A DNA stretch of 63,329 nt, the filler included, from Chiloscyllium plagiosum (Eukaryota), in NCBI RefSeq assembly GCF_004010195.1. It is 3 parts of one record of this genome, joined end to end, with 100 filler letters (N's around TTAATTAATTAA, not from the genome) between each part and the next. Parts side by side here need not be neighbours in the genome. Positions count along the whole stretch, not along the records: positions 31,440 to 52,063 come from NC_057714.1; positions 52,164 to 63,329 come from NC_057714.1; 1 more part is not named here. The stretch is one strand, 5' to 3'. The notes under the pieces are model-generated. The model saw nothing but the letters and a program-made list of their open reading frames with translations, made no database searches and was not told the DNA's origin. The translations under genes were made by a program, and so were the position numbers. Positions 50,231 through 63,329 of the stretch are shown one piece after another; the stretch's first letter is position 1, and each line of letters opens with the position of its first letter.

Positions 50231-50650
50231 CATAGCATCTGGATGGGTGTGTGGATGGGGGGGGGTTTTGGAGGGATGTGGGCCGGGTGCTCGTGGGTGG
50301 GGCTGGATTGGGTTGGGATGTCTGGTTGGCGTGGACGGGTTGGACCGGGGGATCTGTTTCCATGCGGTACATCTCTATGACTCTAAACAGTTCAATGAGG
50401 GAAGGGGTAATATTGGACCTGATTTAGGGAAATAAGCCTGGCCAGGTGAGTGAAGTTTCAGTGGGGGAGCATTTCAGGAGTGGTGACCATAATACCACAA
50501 GTTTTAAGGTACTCATGGGAAGGGACAACAGCAGTCTTTGGATGAAGGTGTTAAATTGGGGGAAGGCAAACTACAACAGGAATTGGAGCTGGCTTTTTGA
50601 GGGAAAATCCACGTCAGATATGTGGGAGTATTTCAAATGGCAGTTGATAA
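50231..50650 (+). mobile_element. Short CR1 fragments (a 3' UTR piece and an APE-end piece)
   Basis: CR1 tail to about 50385, then VSVGEHFRSGDHN. Confidence 0.7.
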
Positions 50651-51338
50651 GAACATAGGACATAGAACATAGAAGAATACAGCGCAGTAGGCCCTTTGGC
50701 CCTCGATGTTGCGCCGATTCAAGTCCACCTAACCTACACTAGCCTGCGCCGATTCAAGTCCACCTAACCTACACTAGCCCACTCTCCTCCATATGCCTAT
50801 CTAATGCCCGCTTAAATGCCCATAAAGAGGGAGAGTCCACCACTGCTACTGGCAGGGCATTCCATGAACTCACGACTCGCTGAGTAAATAACCTACCCCT
50901 AACATCTGTCCTATACCTACCACCCCTTAATTTAAAGCTATGCCCCCTCGTAATAGCTGACTCCATACGTGGAAAAAGGTTCTCACGGTCAACCCTATCT
51001 AAACCCCTAATCATCTTGTACACCTCTATCAAGTCACCCCTAAACCTTCTTTTCTATAATGAAAACAACCCCAAGTGCCTCAGCCTTTCCTCATACGACC
51101 TTTCTACCATACCAGGCAACATCCTGGTAAACCTCCTCTGCACCCATTCCAGTGCCTCCACATCCTTCCTATAATATGGCGACCAAAACTGCACACAATA
51201 CTCCAGATCCGGCCGCACCAGAGTCTTATACAACTGCAACATGACCTCAGTACTCCGGAACTCAATTCCTCTACCAATAAAAGCCAGTACGCCATATGCC
51301 TTCCTCACCGCACTATTTACCTGGGTGGCAACTTTCAA
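50651..51338 (-). mobile_element. Young CR1 3' fragment, same subfamily as the copy inside the ERV
   Basis: Near-identical peptide KVATQVNSAVRKAY...MLPGMVERSYEERLRHLG and (TTCTATG)n tail. Has an internal ~35-bp tandem duplication at about 50711-50779. Confidence 0.92.
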
Positions 51339-51344
51339 AATAGT

Positions 51345-52020
51345 TATAGATCAGAGAGACCTCGGGTGTTCAGGTACATCATTCTTCACACACCGTTAAG
51401 AAGGCATTTAGCACACGTGCCTTCATGGCTCAGACCTTTGAGTAAGTGAGCTGGGATGTCGTGCTGAGGTTGTACAGGAGGTGAGGTCTCCTCTGCAGTA
51501 CTGTCTGCAGTTCTGGTCTCCCTGTGAGGCGGAGGATATTATTAAACTGGAGAGGGTTCAGAAGAGATTTAGCAGGAAGTCGCTGGGAAGGCAAGGTTGG
51601 AGTTAGAAGGAAAGGCTGGATGGGCTGGGACATTTTCCGCAGGAGGTTGAGGCATGACCTTAGAGAGGTTTATAAAATTACCGAGGGGTATAGATTAGGT
51701 GAACAGCCCGTGTCTTTTCCCTAAGGTGGGGAACTTCAAGACCGGGGACACGCTTTGAAGGTGACAGGAGAAAGATTTTCAAAAGACACGGGGCAATTGT
51801 TTTTCTACAGAGTGATTTGTGTGTGGAATGGGCATCCTGAGGAAGTGGTGTTTGTTGGGCACACTTACAGCATTTAAAGAGGCATTTGGATAGGTACATC
51901 GGTCAGGAATGGTTGGAGGGACATGGGCCAAGTGCAAGCAGGTGGGATGAGTTTAGTTTTGTATTATGGCTGACATCGGCTGGTCAGACCCAATGGTCTG
52001 TTTCTGTGCTGTATGATTGT
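51345..52020 (+). mobile_element. CR1 3' fragment, very degenerate or low quality next to a gap
   Basis: GACCTTAGAGAGGTTTATAAAAT and CR1 tail remnants. Confidence 0.75.
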
Positions 52021-52163
52021 AATCAGGGACAGCAAGGGGTTAGATACAGAGTAAAGCTCTCTCNNNNNNNNNNNNNNNNNNNNNNNNNNNNNNNNNNNNN
52101 NNNNNNNTTAATTAATTAANNNNNNNNNNNNNNNNNNNNNNNNNNNNNNNNNNNNNNNNNNNN

Positions 52164-52482
52164 GTCTATGTGTGAGGTGTGTCTGTGTGTCTGTGTGTGT
52201 ATCTGTGTGTGTGTGTCTATGTGTGTGTGTGTGGATCTGTGCGTCTATGTGTCTGTGTCTGTGTGTGTCTTGTCTGTGCGAGTGTCTGTGTGTGTGTGTC
52301 TATGCGTGTCCGTGTGTGTGTGTGTGTCTACGTGTGTGTGTATGGCTGAGGAACTGTAGAACATGCGTCTATGTGTCTGTGTCTGTGTGTGTCTTGTCTG
52401 TGCGAGTGTCTGTGTGTGTGTGTCTATGCGTGTCCGTGTGTGTGTCTACGTGTGTGTGTATGGCTGAGGAACTGTAGAACAC
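52164..52482 (+). repeat. (GT)-rich microsatellite with a duplicated ~120-bp unit
   Basis: A unit ending TATGGCTGAGGAACTGTAGAACA occurs twice. Confidence 0.9.
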
Positions 52483-52485
52483 TTG

Positions 52486-52830
52486 GAAGCACAGTGGCTC
52501 AGTGGTTAGCACTGTTGCCTCACAGCGCTAGGGATCCAGGTTCGATTCCAACCTCGGGCAACTGACTGTGTGGAGTTTGCACATTCTCCCCGTGTCTGCG
52601 TTTCCTCCGGGTGCTCCGGTTTCCTCTCACAGTCCAAAGATGTGCAGGTCAGGTGAATTGGCCAAGCTATATTGCCCATAGTCTTCAGGGTAGTGTAAGT
52701 TAGGTGTGTTAGCCAGGGGAAATGTAAAGTAATAGGGAAGGGGAATGGGTCTGGGTGGGATACTCTTCAGAGGATCAGTGTGGACCTTTTGGGCCAAATG
52801 GCCAGTTTCCACACTGTAGGGATCCTATGA
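52486..52830 (+). mobile_element. HE1-like SINE
   Basis: Head, body and tail. Confidence 0.88.
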
Positions 52831-54936
52831 TAATAGAGGAGGTTGAAAGGGAGCAGCAAGGAACTGGGAGAGAATCTGCAAAGGTATGGAAGAGAGTGAA
52901 GTGCTGCAAAAAAGGGTGCAACATTTCAAACACATCAAGCGAGGCAATCCCAGCTAACTGGGAACTAGAAAAGCTTGAAATTGTTGCAATAATGAATCAG
53001 TTGCAAATGATTGTGGAATCTGTGTCCAAGGCTACATTGGAGCTATATTGAAAAAAATGTATTGGATGCAAAGGCAATGAGCATTGAATTGTTAGATATA
53101 TTGCAGCCAAATTTGGCTTTGTGTGATATTTGAAATGGGAGGGAGCAAATCTGGACCCTTTTCTCAACCCTGTTGATCCTTCGTGTGAATGACCTCAGCA
53201 AAAATAACAATTGGTCATGTGATAGACTATCGATTTGCTATCATTTATCTTAAGCGATTGCACAAAGTCCAAATTAACCTCAACAAATTTACAGTTTTCT
53301 GTAGTATAGCTAATTTTCCCAGTAGTAATCATCATGATTTACAGCAAAGCGTGCCTCACCTCTTAGAGATCTAACTGTTATTAACCAAAGCTCTTATGGT
53401 TGGCTGCTTAGAGCTTCATCCCTTTAATTGTTATGAAGCTTTTTCTTCATCTGGGTTGTTTATTTAATGAACACGGATGAAATCGATTATTTGTTACTGT
53501 TATTTTAGAGGCCGTTGGTTGGATCATATTGAAGGATTTTGGGAAATCATACATATGTATAAACACATTCTAACTCAAATTTCCAGAGTTGCGTTCTCAC
53601 GAATGTGGAATGCAGGTTTTTAAATCGAGGCTTTTGTTCTGAAATCGAGCCCTGCAAATGAAAGATGCAGAGAAGTAATTGGAGATGACAAGACATTTAG
53701 CCCACATACTGTGGGAGAATTACAAAGGCCCCATAAAATTTCAATCATTATTCATTAGCAAAATCAGCCGTTTGATTCTTTAACTGGGTTCAAAACTGTT
53801 ATTTTAATGCTTTTACTGTTCCAAATCATAACCCAATCAGAGAAAAATGCTCAAACCTTGCCAAAATGTCCACTGAGGCCCACAATTTGTTATTTTTTTT
53901 CACTGAAAGGAAAGGTCATTCAAACAGAGGGGCACATTTTATCCTAATATAAAAGGACTGACAATACTTCTTCACTATTAATTATTCCAGTCCATCTAGT
54001 CCTCCTAGCCAACTTGTTTCAATGAATCATGCCTTAGTTTTTAAAAGCTAATCTTTGCTCAATGCTCATTTGTACTCGATCATAAGGTTTGTTCTCGAGA
54101 CAATTACACATGGGCTGCTTGATTCAGAAGATTGCTAGTGAAATGGAAGAAACAATAAAGAGCTGAACAACATAGACCTTGTAGCAGCACATAAAATAAC
54201 TTAATGCTGAATTTTCTGGCCTCCACTCATATATTTGAAGAATGTGGGTGGCATGTAAAATAAAGTGGATGGTGAACCCATCACCTTCTCACCAACCTCT
54301 GACCTATCCTCCATATGCAGGAGTGGGTAAGGTGTCAGCTCCCCTCCCCCCTCGCCCCCCCCGGCCTGAGCTCCATTGAGGCCCTGCTGTGACAAGTAAT
54401 TAACAGTTAAAGGCTTCCCCATAATGTCTGGGGCTTCAGGGCAAAGGAAACTGTTTGTCAGCTTTGACAGTGCAGGCCACTATGAAGGCAGGAACATGGG
54501 TTACCTCTTTATCCTGTACCAAGTGGAGGCAGCTACAAGATGGTACCACCTCTTTGTCCTTCTCTAACCCAGAGACATAACTCAAAACTTCACCACCATA
54601 CCCCCATCTCACTACAACTCCATCACTACAGTCAGAGCCTTTAACTTAGCTTCTTCTTGGGGACTGCTTGTAGTCCCAACAGCGATCTCTACAGGCTACT
54701 TGCTTCTGAATCGACAGAGCTGCTCAGTTAACTTGGATGAGACTTCCGGGCCCACTCAGGAATAATTAAGTTCACCTCCAGTGTGTGTCACTGTCGGATA
54801 GCCAGACTTAATATCCATGAAGCTTCAACCAACTTTTATGTTAGAAGGGTCTATTCCAGCTCTCTGTAAAATCCACCCACTGAATACATAACTGGTGATG
54901 GAGGTATTCAGATCTAGCATTCCCCTTTCTCTAATA

Positions 54937-55355
54937 GAGTCATAGAGATGTACAGCATGGAAACAGACCCTTTGATCCAACTCGTCCTGGCTAACCAGAT
55001 ATCCTAAATTAATCTAGCCCCACTTGCCAGCACTTAGCCCATATCCCTCTAAACGACAGATGCCTTTTAAATGTTATATCTGTACCAGCCTCCACCACCT
55101 CCTCTGGCATCTCATTCCATACACGCACCACCCTTTGCGTAAAACAAGTTCTCCCTTGGGACCCTTTTCAATCCCTCTCACTCACCTTAAACCTATGCCC
55201 TCTAGTTCTGGACTCACCCACCCCAGGGAAAAAACCTTGACACTTCACACTATCCATGCCCCCCATGATTTTATAGACCTCTATAAGGTCATCCATCATC
55301 ATCCAATGCTCCAGGGAAAACAGCCCCAGCCTATTCGACTTCTGCTTATAGTTCA
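54937..55355 (-). mobile_element. CR1 3' fragment
   Basis: LGLFSLE...DLIEVYKIM...TRGHRFKV plus tail. Confidence 0.87.
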
Positions 55356-57812
55356 ATCCAAAATAATTTATATAACTAAGTGTATATAGCAGTTGAGTCT
55401 ATATTCACTGGAGTTTGGAGGAACGAGAGGTGAATTGCATGAACCATGTATGATTCTGAGGGGGGTTGGGAGGGTAGATGTTCAGGAGACTTTTCTAGTG
55501 GAAAAATGTAGAATTAGGTGTGGCAGTTTTAAAATAATACGTCTTCTATATAAGATAGAGCTAAACTGGGCTTGATTCTCTCAAAATGTCATTGGTGTTG
55601 AGAATTTCTTTTCCACTGAGAATAATTGTTTGCAGACTCAACCTAACAGAACAGGTGACAGCCTTCCCCGGCTCATTTCTCAGAGCTATGCTTCCTTTAA
55701 AATGTAAACAAATTAATATCAGTTAATTGTCAGTCATCATTAACTGGTTCATTCCCTATGGCAATATCCTAACCAATGAGAATCTACTTAATAAACAGTC
55801 AGCAGTCTTTCCTTGTATGATATTAATGTTGTTGCCTGCTTACTTTGGTAATTTCTGCAAACTGGTCTGACTAGAGTAAAATGAAAAGTTTTGACCCAGT
55901 ATGTCTTTTTCAACAAAATTATGCATGGCAAGATTTAAGGAGGATTGAACTGCTTTTCTCACCATTGGGACTTGCACTGTGCTGTGGTTTTACATTGATG
56001 TGTGTAAACAATGTTGTGAATGCTGTGGAATCTGGTGAGCACTGCTACTCCTCTCAGCTTAGCATGAATCATTTATACATTTTTTAAAAGTATAGAAAAA
56101 TAATTGAAGAGATCGTTCTCATTTTCCTGTTCCATTGGGATTCTTTTCCCCTGCACTTTGTTGCTTTATGAATAAATGTATTTTTAGAGTTTTCTGGCTC
56201 TAATGTTTTCAGAATGATTTATCATCCTTGAAATTAATGTTGTCATTAAGCAAATGAGCAATAACAGCTAGCAATGTCAGAAATGCATTGAATCTCACAA
56301 TCCCCTCCAATTTTCCATGAGCCTAAAATTCCTGAGTCAAGGCTTTTCTGTGACAATGTGCTGAAACTATTTATTTCCACATTCAACTGAACTCCGATCC
56401 TTGAAATGTTTTCTAAAACAAAACCTATCAACGTTACAACAATTGTACTAGTTTACAACAATGATCCACTTGGCTGTAACAGCTGTACTGAGTGAGCAGA
56501 ATACATTGTGCCCTTGGTTGCTTGTGGGAGTAGCTGTGTCAGGTCAGGGTGGGAGAACATAAGCTGGGAGAAAATAAACGTACTCAATTTCAAAAACAAG
56601 AGCAGCAGCTTGCAGGTGAGCACAAAAATCGTTTCTCCTGGATTACTCACCGCAGCATCCAGAGCACCAAACCACAATTCTGATTGGCAAACCCTAGTTA
56701 AGCAGCATTTCAGTGCCATCTTGCACAAGTGATAGTTGGCACCTTCTCTGATGGTAAGTAGGTCACACAACAGTCAGACTGACAAAATCAAAGCTAATCT
56801 TAACATGATCAGTTTTGCAGAGATTTAGAATTAAGATTCTCGCTTTTTCATCAGCTGAGGTTGTAAGACGTGCAGGAACAAAAAGCCTGTGTGACATTGC
56901 AATGGTTATGTCTCTGCTGTGAGGAGAAACACTTACATTTTGGAATTCTCTGAGAGATGTTGTCACATTCCATAATCATTTTCCCTTACTTTGCTGCTCA
57001 GCTGAACATCAGATGTTGGATTTACCTTAGAAGCTACTATAAGGAGAAAGTGTGAAAAAAAGCAAGAATATTAAAGAATATTTGAGTCTTTGAAATACCA
57101 ACAGGTTCATACAACAGAAACAGTTCTTTCTGAGATGATTTCAGAATCACAGAGCTCAGAAGGAGGGCATTTAATCCATCATGTTTTTGCCAGCTTTAAA
57201 AGACAAGTCTACCAGTCCAATTCCTCTGTTCTTCCACTGAAGAAAAAAGTTCCTTCTCAAATATAATGCAATGCTTTGTTTAAAATTATCTTATCAGGCA
57301 ATGCATCCAAGTCACAACAACTTGCCACATCAAAAAAAATCATCATCTCTCCTCTGGTTCTTTCGCTCATTATCTTCAATTAGTGTGCTCTGGTTATTGA
57401 TGGCACTGTAGTGGAAACCTCTTGTCTTTTTTTATTCTATCACAACACTTCATTATTTCAAGGATCAGTATTAAATATCCTTTCGGTCAGCAAGGTAAGT
57501 AAAAGTCACAAATACAATCAGGGATATCGACAGGTTCAATGAGTAAACAAGAAGATGGCAGATTGAATGTAGGGTGGGGAATTATGAAATTGTCCACTTT
57601 GGAAAGACAAACAAAAAAAAATAGATTTTTTAAAAATGTTAAGTGATTGGGAAATGCTGGCATTCAAGGAGTCCTAGCTGCCTTTAAATGTATCAAAGAA
57701 ACACGAGTGTTTATTCATTCTTTCATAGCATATGGTTTTTGCTGTCAACCCTAGCATTTATTGTCCATTGCTAATTGCCCTTTAATTGAGGGCAGTTACG
57801 GGTCAATCAGAT

Positions 57813-58420
57813 TAGAGTCATAGAGTTGTAGCGCTGTACGGCGCAAAAGAAATTCCCATTTGGTCCAATTCATTCATGCCTAGATATCCTAAACTAATCT
57901 AGTCCCACCTGCCAGTATCTGGTCCATATCCCTCCAAACCCTTCCTTTTCATATACCCATCCAGATGCCTTTTAAATGTTGTAATTGTACCAGCCTCCAG
58001 CACTTCCTCTGGCAGTTCCCTCTGCATGAAAAAGATCCCCCTTAGGACCTTTTAAACCTTTCTCCTCTCACCTTAAACCTCGCCTACCCTGGGGAAAAGA
58101 TGGTGACTGTTCACCCAACCATGCCCCTCATAATTTTGTAAACCTCTATAAGGTCGCCCCCTCAGCCTCCGACATTCCAGAGAAAACAGCCCTATCCTGT
58201 TCAGCCTCTCCCTATAGCTCAAGCTTTCCATCCTTGGCAACATCCTTGTAAATTTTTTCTGAACCCTTTCAAGCTTAACAACATCCTTCCTATTGTAGGG
58301 AGACCAGAGTTGCACACAACATTCCAAAAGTGGCCTAACCAATGTCCTGTACAGCTGCAACTTGACCTCCCAACTCCTGTACTCAACGTTTTGACCAATA
58401 AAGGCAAGCATATCAACTGG
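57813..58420 (-). mobile_element. CR1 3' fragment
   Basis: LYRTLVRPLLECCVQLWSP plus tail. Confidence 0.88.
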
Positions 58421-58618
58421 CTTATTCACAGATTGCTGCGTATTACAATCATACGTTGGCCAGGCCAGGTGGATATTAGTGAGCCAGATGCATTTTTAAT
58501 AATAACTAATGATAGTTTGGGGTTACCATTACAGAGACTGACTTTCAATTCTCAGTTTTAGTAATTTACTTTAAATTTCATCAGCTGCAATGGTGTGATT
58601 TCAAACCATGTCCCCAGA

Positions 58619-58745
58619 CATTCTGACGAAGGGCTTTTACCCGAAACGTCGATTTTCCTGCTCCTCGGATGCTGCCTGAACTGCTGTGCTCTTCCAGCAC
58701 TACTAATCCAGAATCTGGTTTCCAGCATCTGCAGTCATTGTTTTT
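58619..58745 (+). mobile_element. Penelope-like terminus (family A) starting at the hammerhead
   Basis: CTGACGAAGGGCTTTTACCCGAAACGTC. ACCATGTCCCCAGA is duplicated at 58605-58618 and 58746-58759. Confidence 0.8.
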
Positions 58746-59932
58746 ACCATGTCCCCAGAGAACTAGCCTAGGTCAACATGAATTGTATTCCAGCACTGTT
58801 TATTTGTATTATATTTAGAAACATAAGTTATTCAACTTCAGCCTCAGCATGGACACCAACTTGGTGATGGTGCTACCCCAGCTGAATAACCAACACGTTA
58901 CATCACAAAGGGAGTGCCTTCTGTGCATTGAGCCCCTTCCCTTCCCTGACCCACCACAACCATGAAATATAACACTGCGTTCACCCAAGCCGACCAGAGT
59001 ATTTACATGACAGATGATGAAACGATCGTCTCCACCTGCCACACCACCATTGTAAGTTTCACAAGTTATCGGTTGCATTTGGCCAGTATTGGCTATTTTT
59101 ATAAGCAACCAGTCTATGTGTTCATACAAAAGTGCACAGCAATTTGGTAGCATGCTTAGACCTTGGGCTTTGGCTGAAGCACCAATCTCCTAACAGCCAT
59201 GCCACAGCAAGGCAGGAATGCTGTAATCATACAAGGGAGGCACTAAGTGAAAAAGCAAGTGGCACAGAGATGAAGCATGATCCAATCTCTAAACTGGGTG
59301 CCTAACCGTGTGTGTAAAGTGTTCAGGCATCAGCCTTGTAATGCTGGATTTCAGTGTATCATGCAATGCAGGTCTGTACTTGCTAAACATCTAAAAGGAT
59401 TGGTGATTGAGAATCCTGAGTCGTAGCAATTATTAGATGCCAATGTCTGGACAGGGGGTGTATGGGGCTGGTGCCTTTTGGATTGTTGCTGTTGTGGGTG
59501 AGGAATATGAAGGCTGTTACCAGCCAATAGTGAGCTCTGACTCCCATGTTGAGAATTCTCAGTGTCTAATTTGTTTACGGTGAATGCTAGGATAGGAAGC
59601 TGCGTATTAATACAGAGACATCTGCAAGTAATAAGCTCACTAACAAGCAGTAATCCTCCCTTTAATAGGCAACTTGTCATTGCCCAGTGAGAATCTCACC
59701 TCAATGCCCAGATCTCCATGAAAAGATGCAGTGATTTACACCTGACATTGGGAGAGGCTAAAGTGGACTTCTTGTATGATACTGCCATTTCTCACCAGAA
59801 CCCCCATCATTCAGACCTTACAAGATTCTGTCAATTTTTACCATGCCATTTGGGAAACCTGTGAAATCAGTCTTCAGTCAGCAAAATCCTAAACTGCTCC
59901 GCCATATCTCCACCCAGGCTATAACACATCAC

Positions 59933-61118
59933 AGAGTCATGAAATCATATAGCATGGAAACAGACCGATCGGTCCAACCAGTCCATGACGAACATTATCC
60001 TGAACTAAACTAGTCCCACCTGCCTGCACCTGGCCCATATCCCTCCAAACCTTTCCTATTCATGTACTCATACAACTGTCTCTTTAACATTGTAATTGTA
60101 CGTGCATCCACCACTTCCTCAGGAAGTTCATTCCACATGCGAACCACCTTCTGTATAAAAAAGTTTATCTCTAATGTCTTTTTAAAATCTCTCTCCTCTC
60201 ACCTTAAAAATCTGCCCCCAGTCTTGAAATTTCCCATTCTATGAAAAGACAACTATCGTTAACTCTATCTATAACTCTCATTACTTTATAAACTTCTATC
60301 AGGTCACCTCTCAACCCCCTATGCTCCAATGAAAAAAGTCCCAGCACATCCAACCTTTCTTTATAACTCAAACCTTCCATACCTGGCAACTTCCGGGTAA
60401 ATTTCTTCTAAACCCTCTCCAGCTTGATAATATCCTTCCTATAACTAGGCGACCAGAACTGGACACAGTATTCCAGAAGAGGACTCACCAATATCCTGTA
60501 CACCTCAACATGATTCGCCAACTCCTACACTCCAGGGATGAGCAATGAAGGTAAGCATGCCAAATGGCTTTTCAACCACCCTATCAATATGTGATGCAAA
60601 CTTCAAAGAATTATGTACCTTCACCCCTAGGTTGTACAATACTATCCAAAGCCATACCATTAATTGTATAAGCCCTACCCTTGTACCAAAATGCAATACC
60701 TCACATTTATCCAGATTGAACTCCATCTGCCATTTTTAACCCATTTGACCAAGATCCCTTTGTAATCTTAGAAAATCTTCACTATTCACAATGCCACCAA
60801 TTTTGGTGTCATCCACAAACTTACTAACCATGCCTTCTATATTCTCATCCAACTCAATTATGTAAATGACAAACAAAACAGAACCCATAACTAATCCCTG
60901 TGGAACAGTTGTGATCACAGCCCTCCAGTCCAAAAATCAACCCACCACCATTACTCTCTATCTCCTGTCATTAAACCAATTATGTTTCCAATTGGCAAGC
61001 TCATCCTGACTGAATTTCATGCAACCTTAATTCACTAATTAGTCTGCCATGCAGAAGTTTGTCAAAGGCTTTCCTACAATCCAAATAAACAATATCTACT
61101 GCTCTGCCATCATCAATG
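59933..61118 (-). mobile_element. CR1 RT and 3' fragment
   Basis: KFVDDTKIGG, MEFNLDKCEVLHFG and LRGDLIEVYKVM. Confidence 0.88.
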
Positions 61119-63024
61119 TTAGATTGGATAGTGTTTAATGCAGTCTCCAATACTAACCCTTTAAAACCAGAATCTTACACAACACTGCCTACATCAAAAC
61201 CTGCACTAAATTCCACTCACCCGATCAGCCATTATTCCTGTGCTGGCTGGCTTACATTGGATTTTGATTGAACAATCCTTCAATTGTAAAGTCCACAAAG
61301 TTTTTATTTTCAGATTCTTCCATTACCCTGTCCTCCCAAACTAGTCCAGGCATACAACCTTCCAAGATTTTTCCGGTTTTCCATTTCTGGACACCTGATC
61401 CACCCTGATTTTATTTATTCTATCTACAGGCATATCTTCAGCTGCCAAAGCCCTAAGCCCCAGAATTCCCTTCCTAAACTTCTGGATGTTTCTTTCCCCT
61501 TTATAGTACTCCTTAAAACCCACCTAATTTGACCAAGCGTTTGGTCATCTGCCATATTATCTCAAATGTGGCTCGGTGTTGTTAACTCAACATCGTTTCT
61601 GAGGTACTCTGAGATATATTACTCTCTTCCAAGTGCTATATAAATACAAGTTGTTTGAATTGTTATTGTTTTGAGTTATATTTTTAAGAGACATCACAGA
61701 TGGTGTTTTATTTCATGTTTGATTTCACCAGTCAGCTTTATTACTTCTGGGAAATGCAGAAATAGGAGATATTGCAATAAATTGCAAAGCCTGCATTGTT
61801 CTCCAAGCGCAAGTCAATGAATTCCTGCTTCCCATTTATTCTGAAAGCTGAACTGTTATGCAAAATCATTCTCACTGTACCATCCCCGAGGTATGATTCA
61901 AGAATATCTATGTTCCTGTTAATGTATGTGTAGTGACCACCCAGAACCTGTTGTAAGTAAATGTATTTTCTGTTATGAGACATTTTATTTTTAGGAATTG
62001 TTCATTTAAATTACAAAATTACCAATGGCGTTTCAATATCTGGAGACCATAGTCGATCTTGATAGGACATTAGCCTTTATATTAGTTAATGTTTTCATTT
62101 GTGATGCACGCCATGAGGAAATTTACAATATATTTGTGACCACTTATGCATTTCCAGCAACAATACTGAATTAATATCTCTTTTATGAATAGCCAAATAG
62201 TATTATTATCTTACATAAAAACTCTTACATATTTGTCATTGATTGATATCTTTCAAGTACTGTTATAAATATATGATGACTTTTCATCAAGAAAAATGAA
62301 TGTAATAAGTTGCCTCTTTGAAATAAATGATCTGTGTTGATGAAGCAAGCCATTAGAGTTGGATGGCTTGATCTATACCATTTCTATTCAAGTATGTCTT
62401 TTGCAGCTTTCACATTCGGATTAATTCTTTTAAAAACTCAGCTATACTTTAGATGTATCAAATCAGAGAATAATCAGAATCTGCAATTAATTCTTTATAA
62501 ATAGGTTTCCTATTTCATTCCAACTGACATAGTGTTTACTTTATCAAGCCCTTTAAGACATTTGTAATTTATCGTGATTGCTTCTCATTCTTTGTAACTT
62601 CAGAGATTGTATTTCCTGTCAGTTCAATCTTCCCCCTCATGAACAATGCCTTCATTCCTAAAAGTAGTCTAATGAACCACTGTTACATTCATTCATATAT
62701 ATTTACTTAGGTAACAAGAATTTAAATGAATAGTTCTCCAGCTATGGCCTAACCAAGAAACGACATCATTGCAGTCCTTTATTCTTATATTCTAATCCCT
62801 TTGTAAGGAAAGCTAACATAGTGTCTACTTTCCCAACTGCTTGATCTACCTACACGTTTCATGGCATTTACTCCTTAGCTTTCAATTATTCACAGGACAA
62901 TGGAGCAATTCGCCCACAGTTGGGAGTTTTCTCATGAATGCCAGAAGACCTATAACCTTTCTGTCCAGTGGACAAACTTTCTGAAGGTATGGCTGAGGAC
63001 TGCAAAGGACTAACCTTCTGTAGT

Positions 63025-63329
63025 CCCTAACACTAACCCTAAACCCAATCCCTAACCCTAACGCTAACCCAAACCCTAACCCTAACGCTAACCCTAAAAC
63101 CTAACCCTAACGCTAACCCAAAACCCAACCCTAAACTCAAAAGCCTAACCCTAAACCCTAACGATAACCCTAACCCTAACCCTAACCTTAACCCTAACCC
63201 TAACCCTAACACTAACCCTAATGCTAATCCTAACACTAACCCTAAAACTTAATCCTAACGCTAACCCTAAACCCTAACACTAACGCTAACCCTAAGTCCT
63301 AACCCTAACCCTAACGATAACCCAAACAA
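63025..63329. repeat. Degenerate telomere-like (CCCTAA)n tract running off the window
   Basis: CCCTAA mixed with CGCTAA, CACTAA, CCCAAA and CGATAA variants. Confidence 0.92.

Noticed and set aside
52168..52565. Cys/Val-rich ORFs
   Set aside because: Translations of a (GT)n microsatellite.
56508..56770. Short ORFs with several splice-donor-like sites
   Set aside because: The plus-strand candidate exon has stops in all frames and no homology is recognised.

Overview
Eukaryotic, repeat-dense and apparently intronic or intergenic DNA, most likely from a shark or other elasmobranch (inferred from HE1-like tRNA SINEs, HER1/CR1 LINEs and a DeuSINE-like remnant). No host protein-coding gene can be named. 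Nearly all ORFs in the track are CR1, SINE or Penelope debris. The main element is a two-LTR, heavily internally deleted class I (gamma/epsilon-like) endogenous retrovirus at 15818-20736. It has a 4-bp GTTG target-site duplication, an exact tRNA-Trp primer-binding site, a polypurine tract, and gag/RNase H/integrase/env-TM remnants. It sits inside one CR1 and carries a second CR1 inside it. Its leader holds four tandem copies of an unexplained RNA motif whose stems keep their pairing while the sequence changes. The window also has many Penelope-like fragments with minimal hammerhead-ribozyme cores in three sequence families, four of them arranged as inverted pairs. Smaller items: a strand-asymmetric 24-bp hairpin, a local 150-bp duplication, a tailless poly(A) SINE head, weak microexon and first-exon candidates, assembly gaps with a linker artefact, and a degenerate (CCCTAA)n tract at the end. 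All coordinates were read by eye, so repeat boundaries are approximate.
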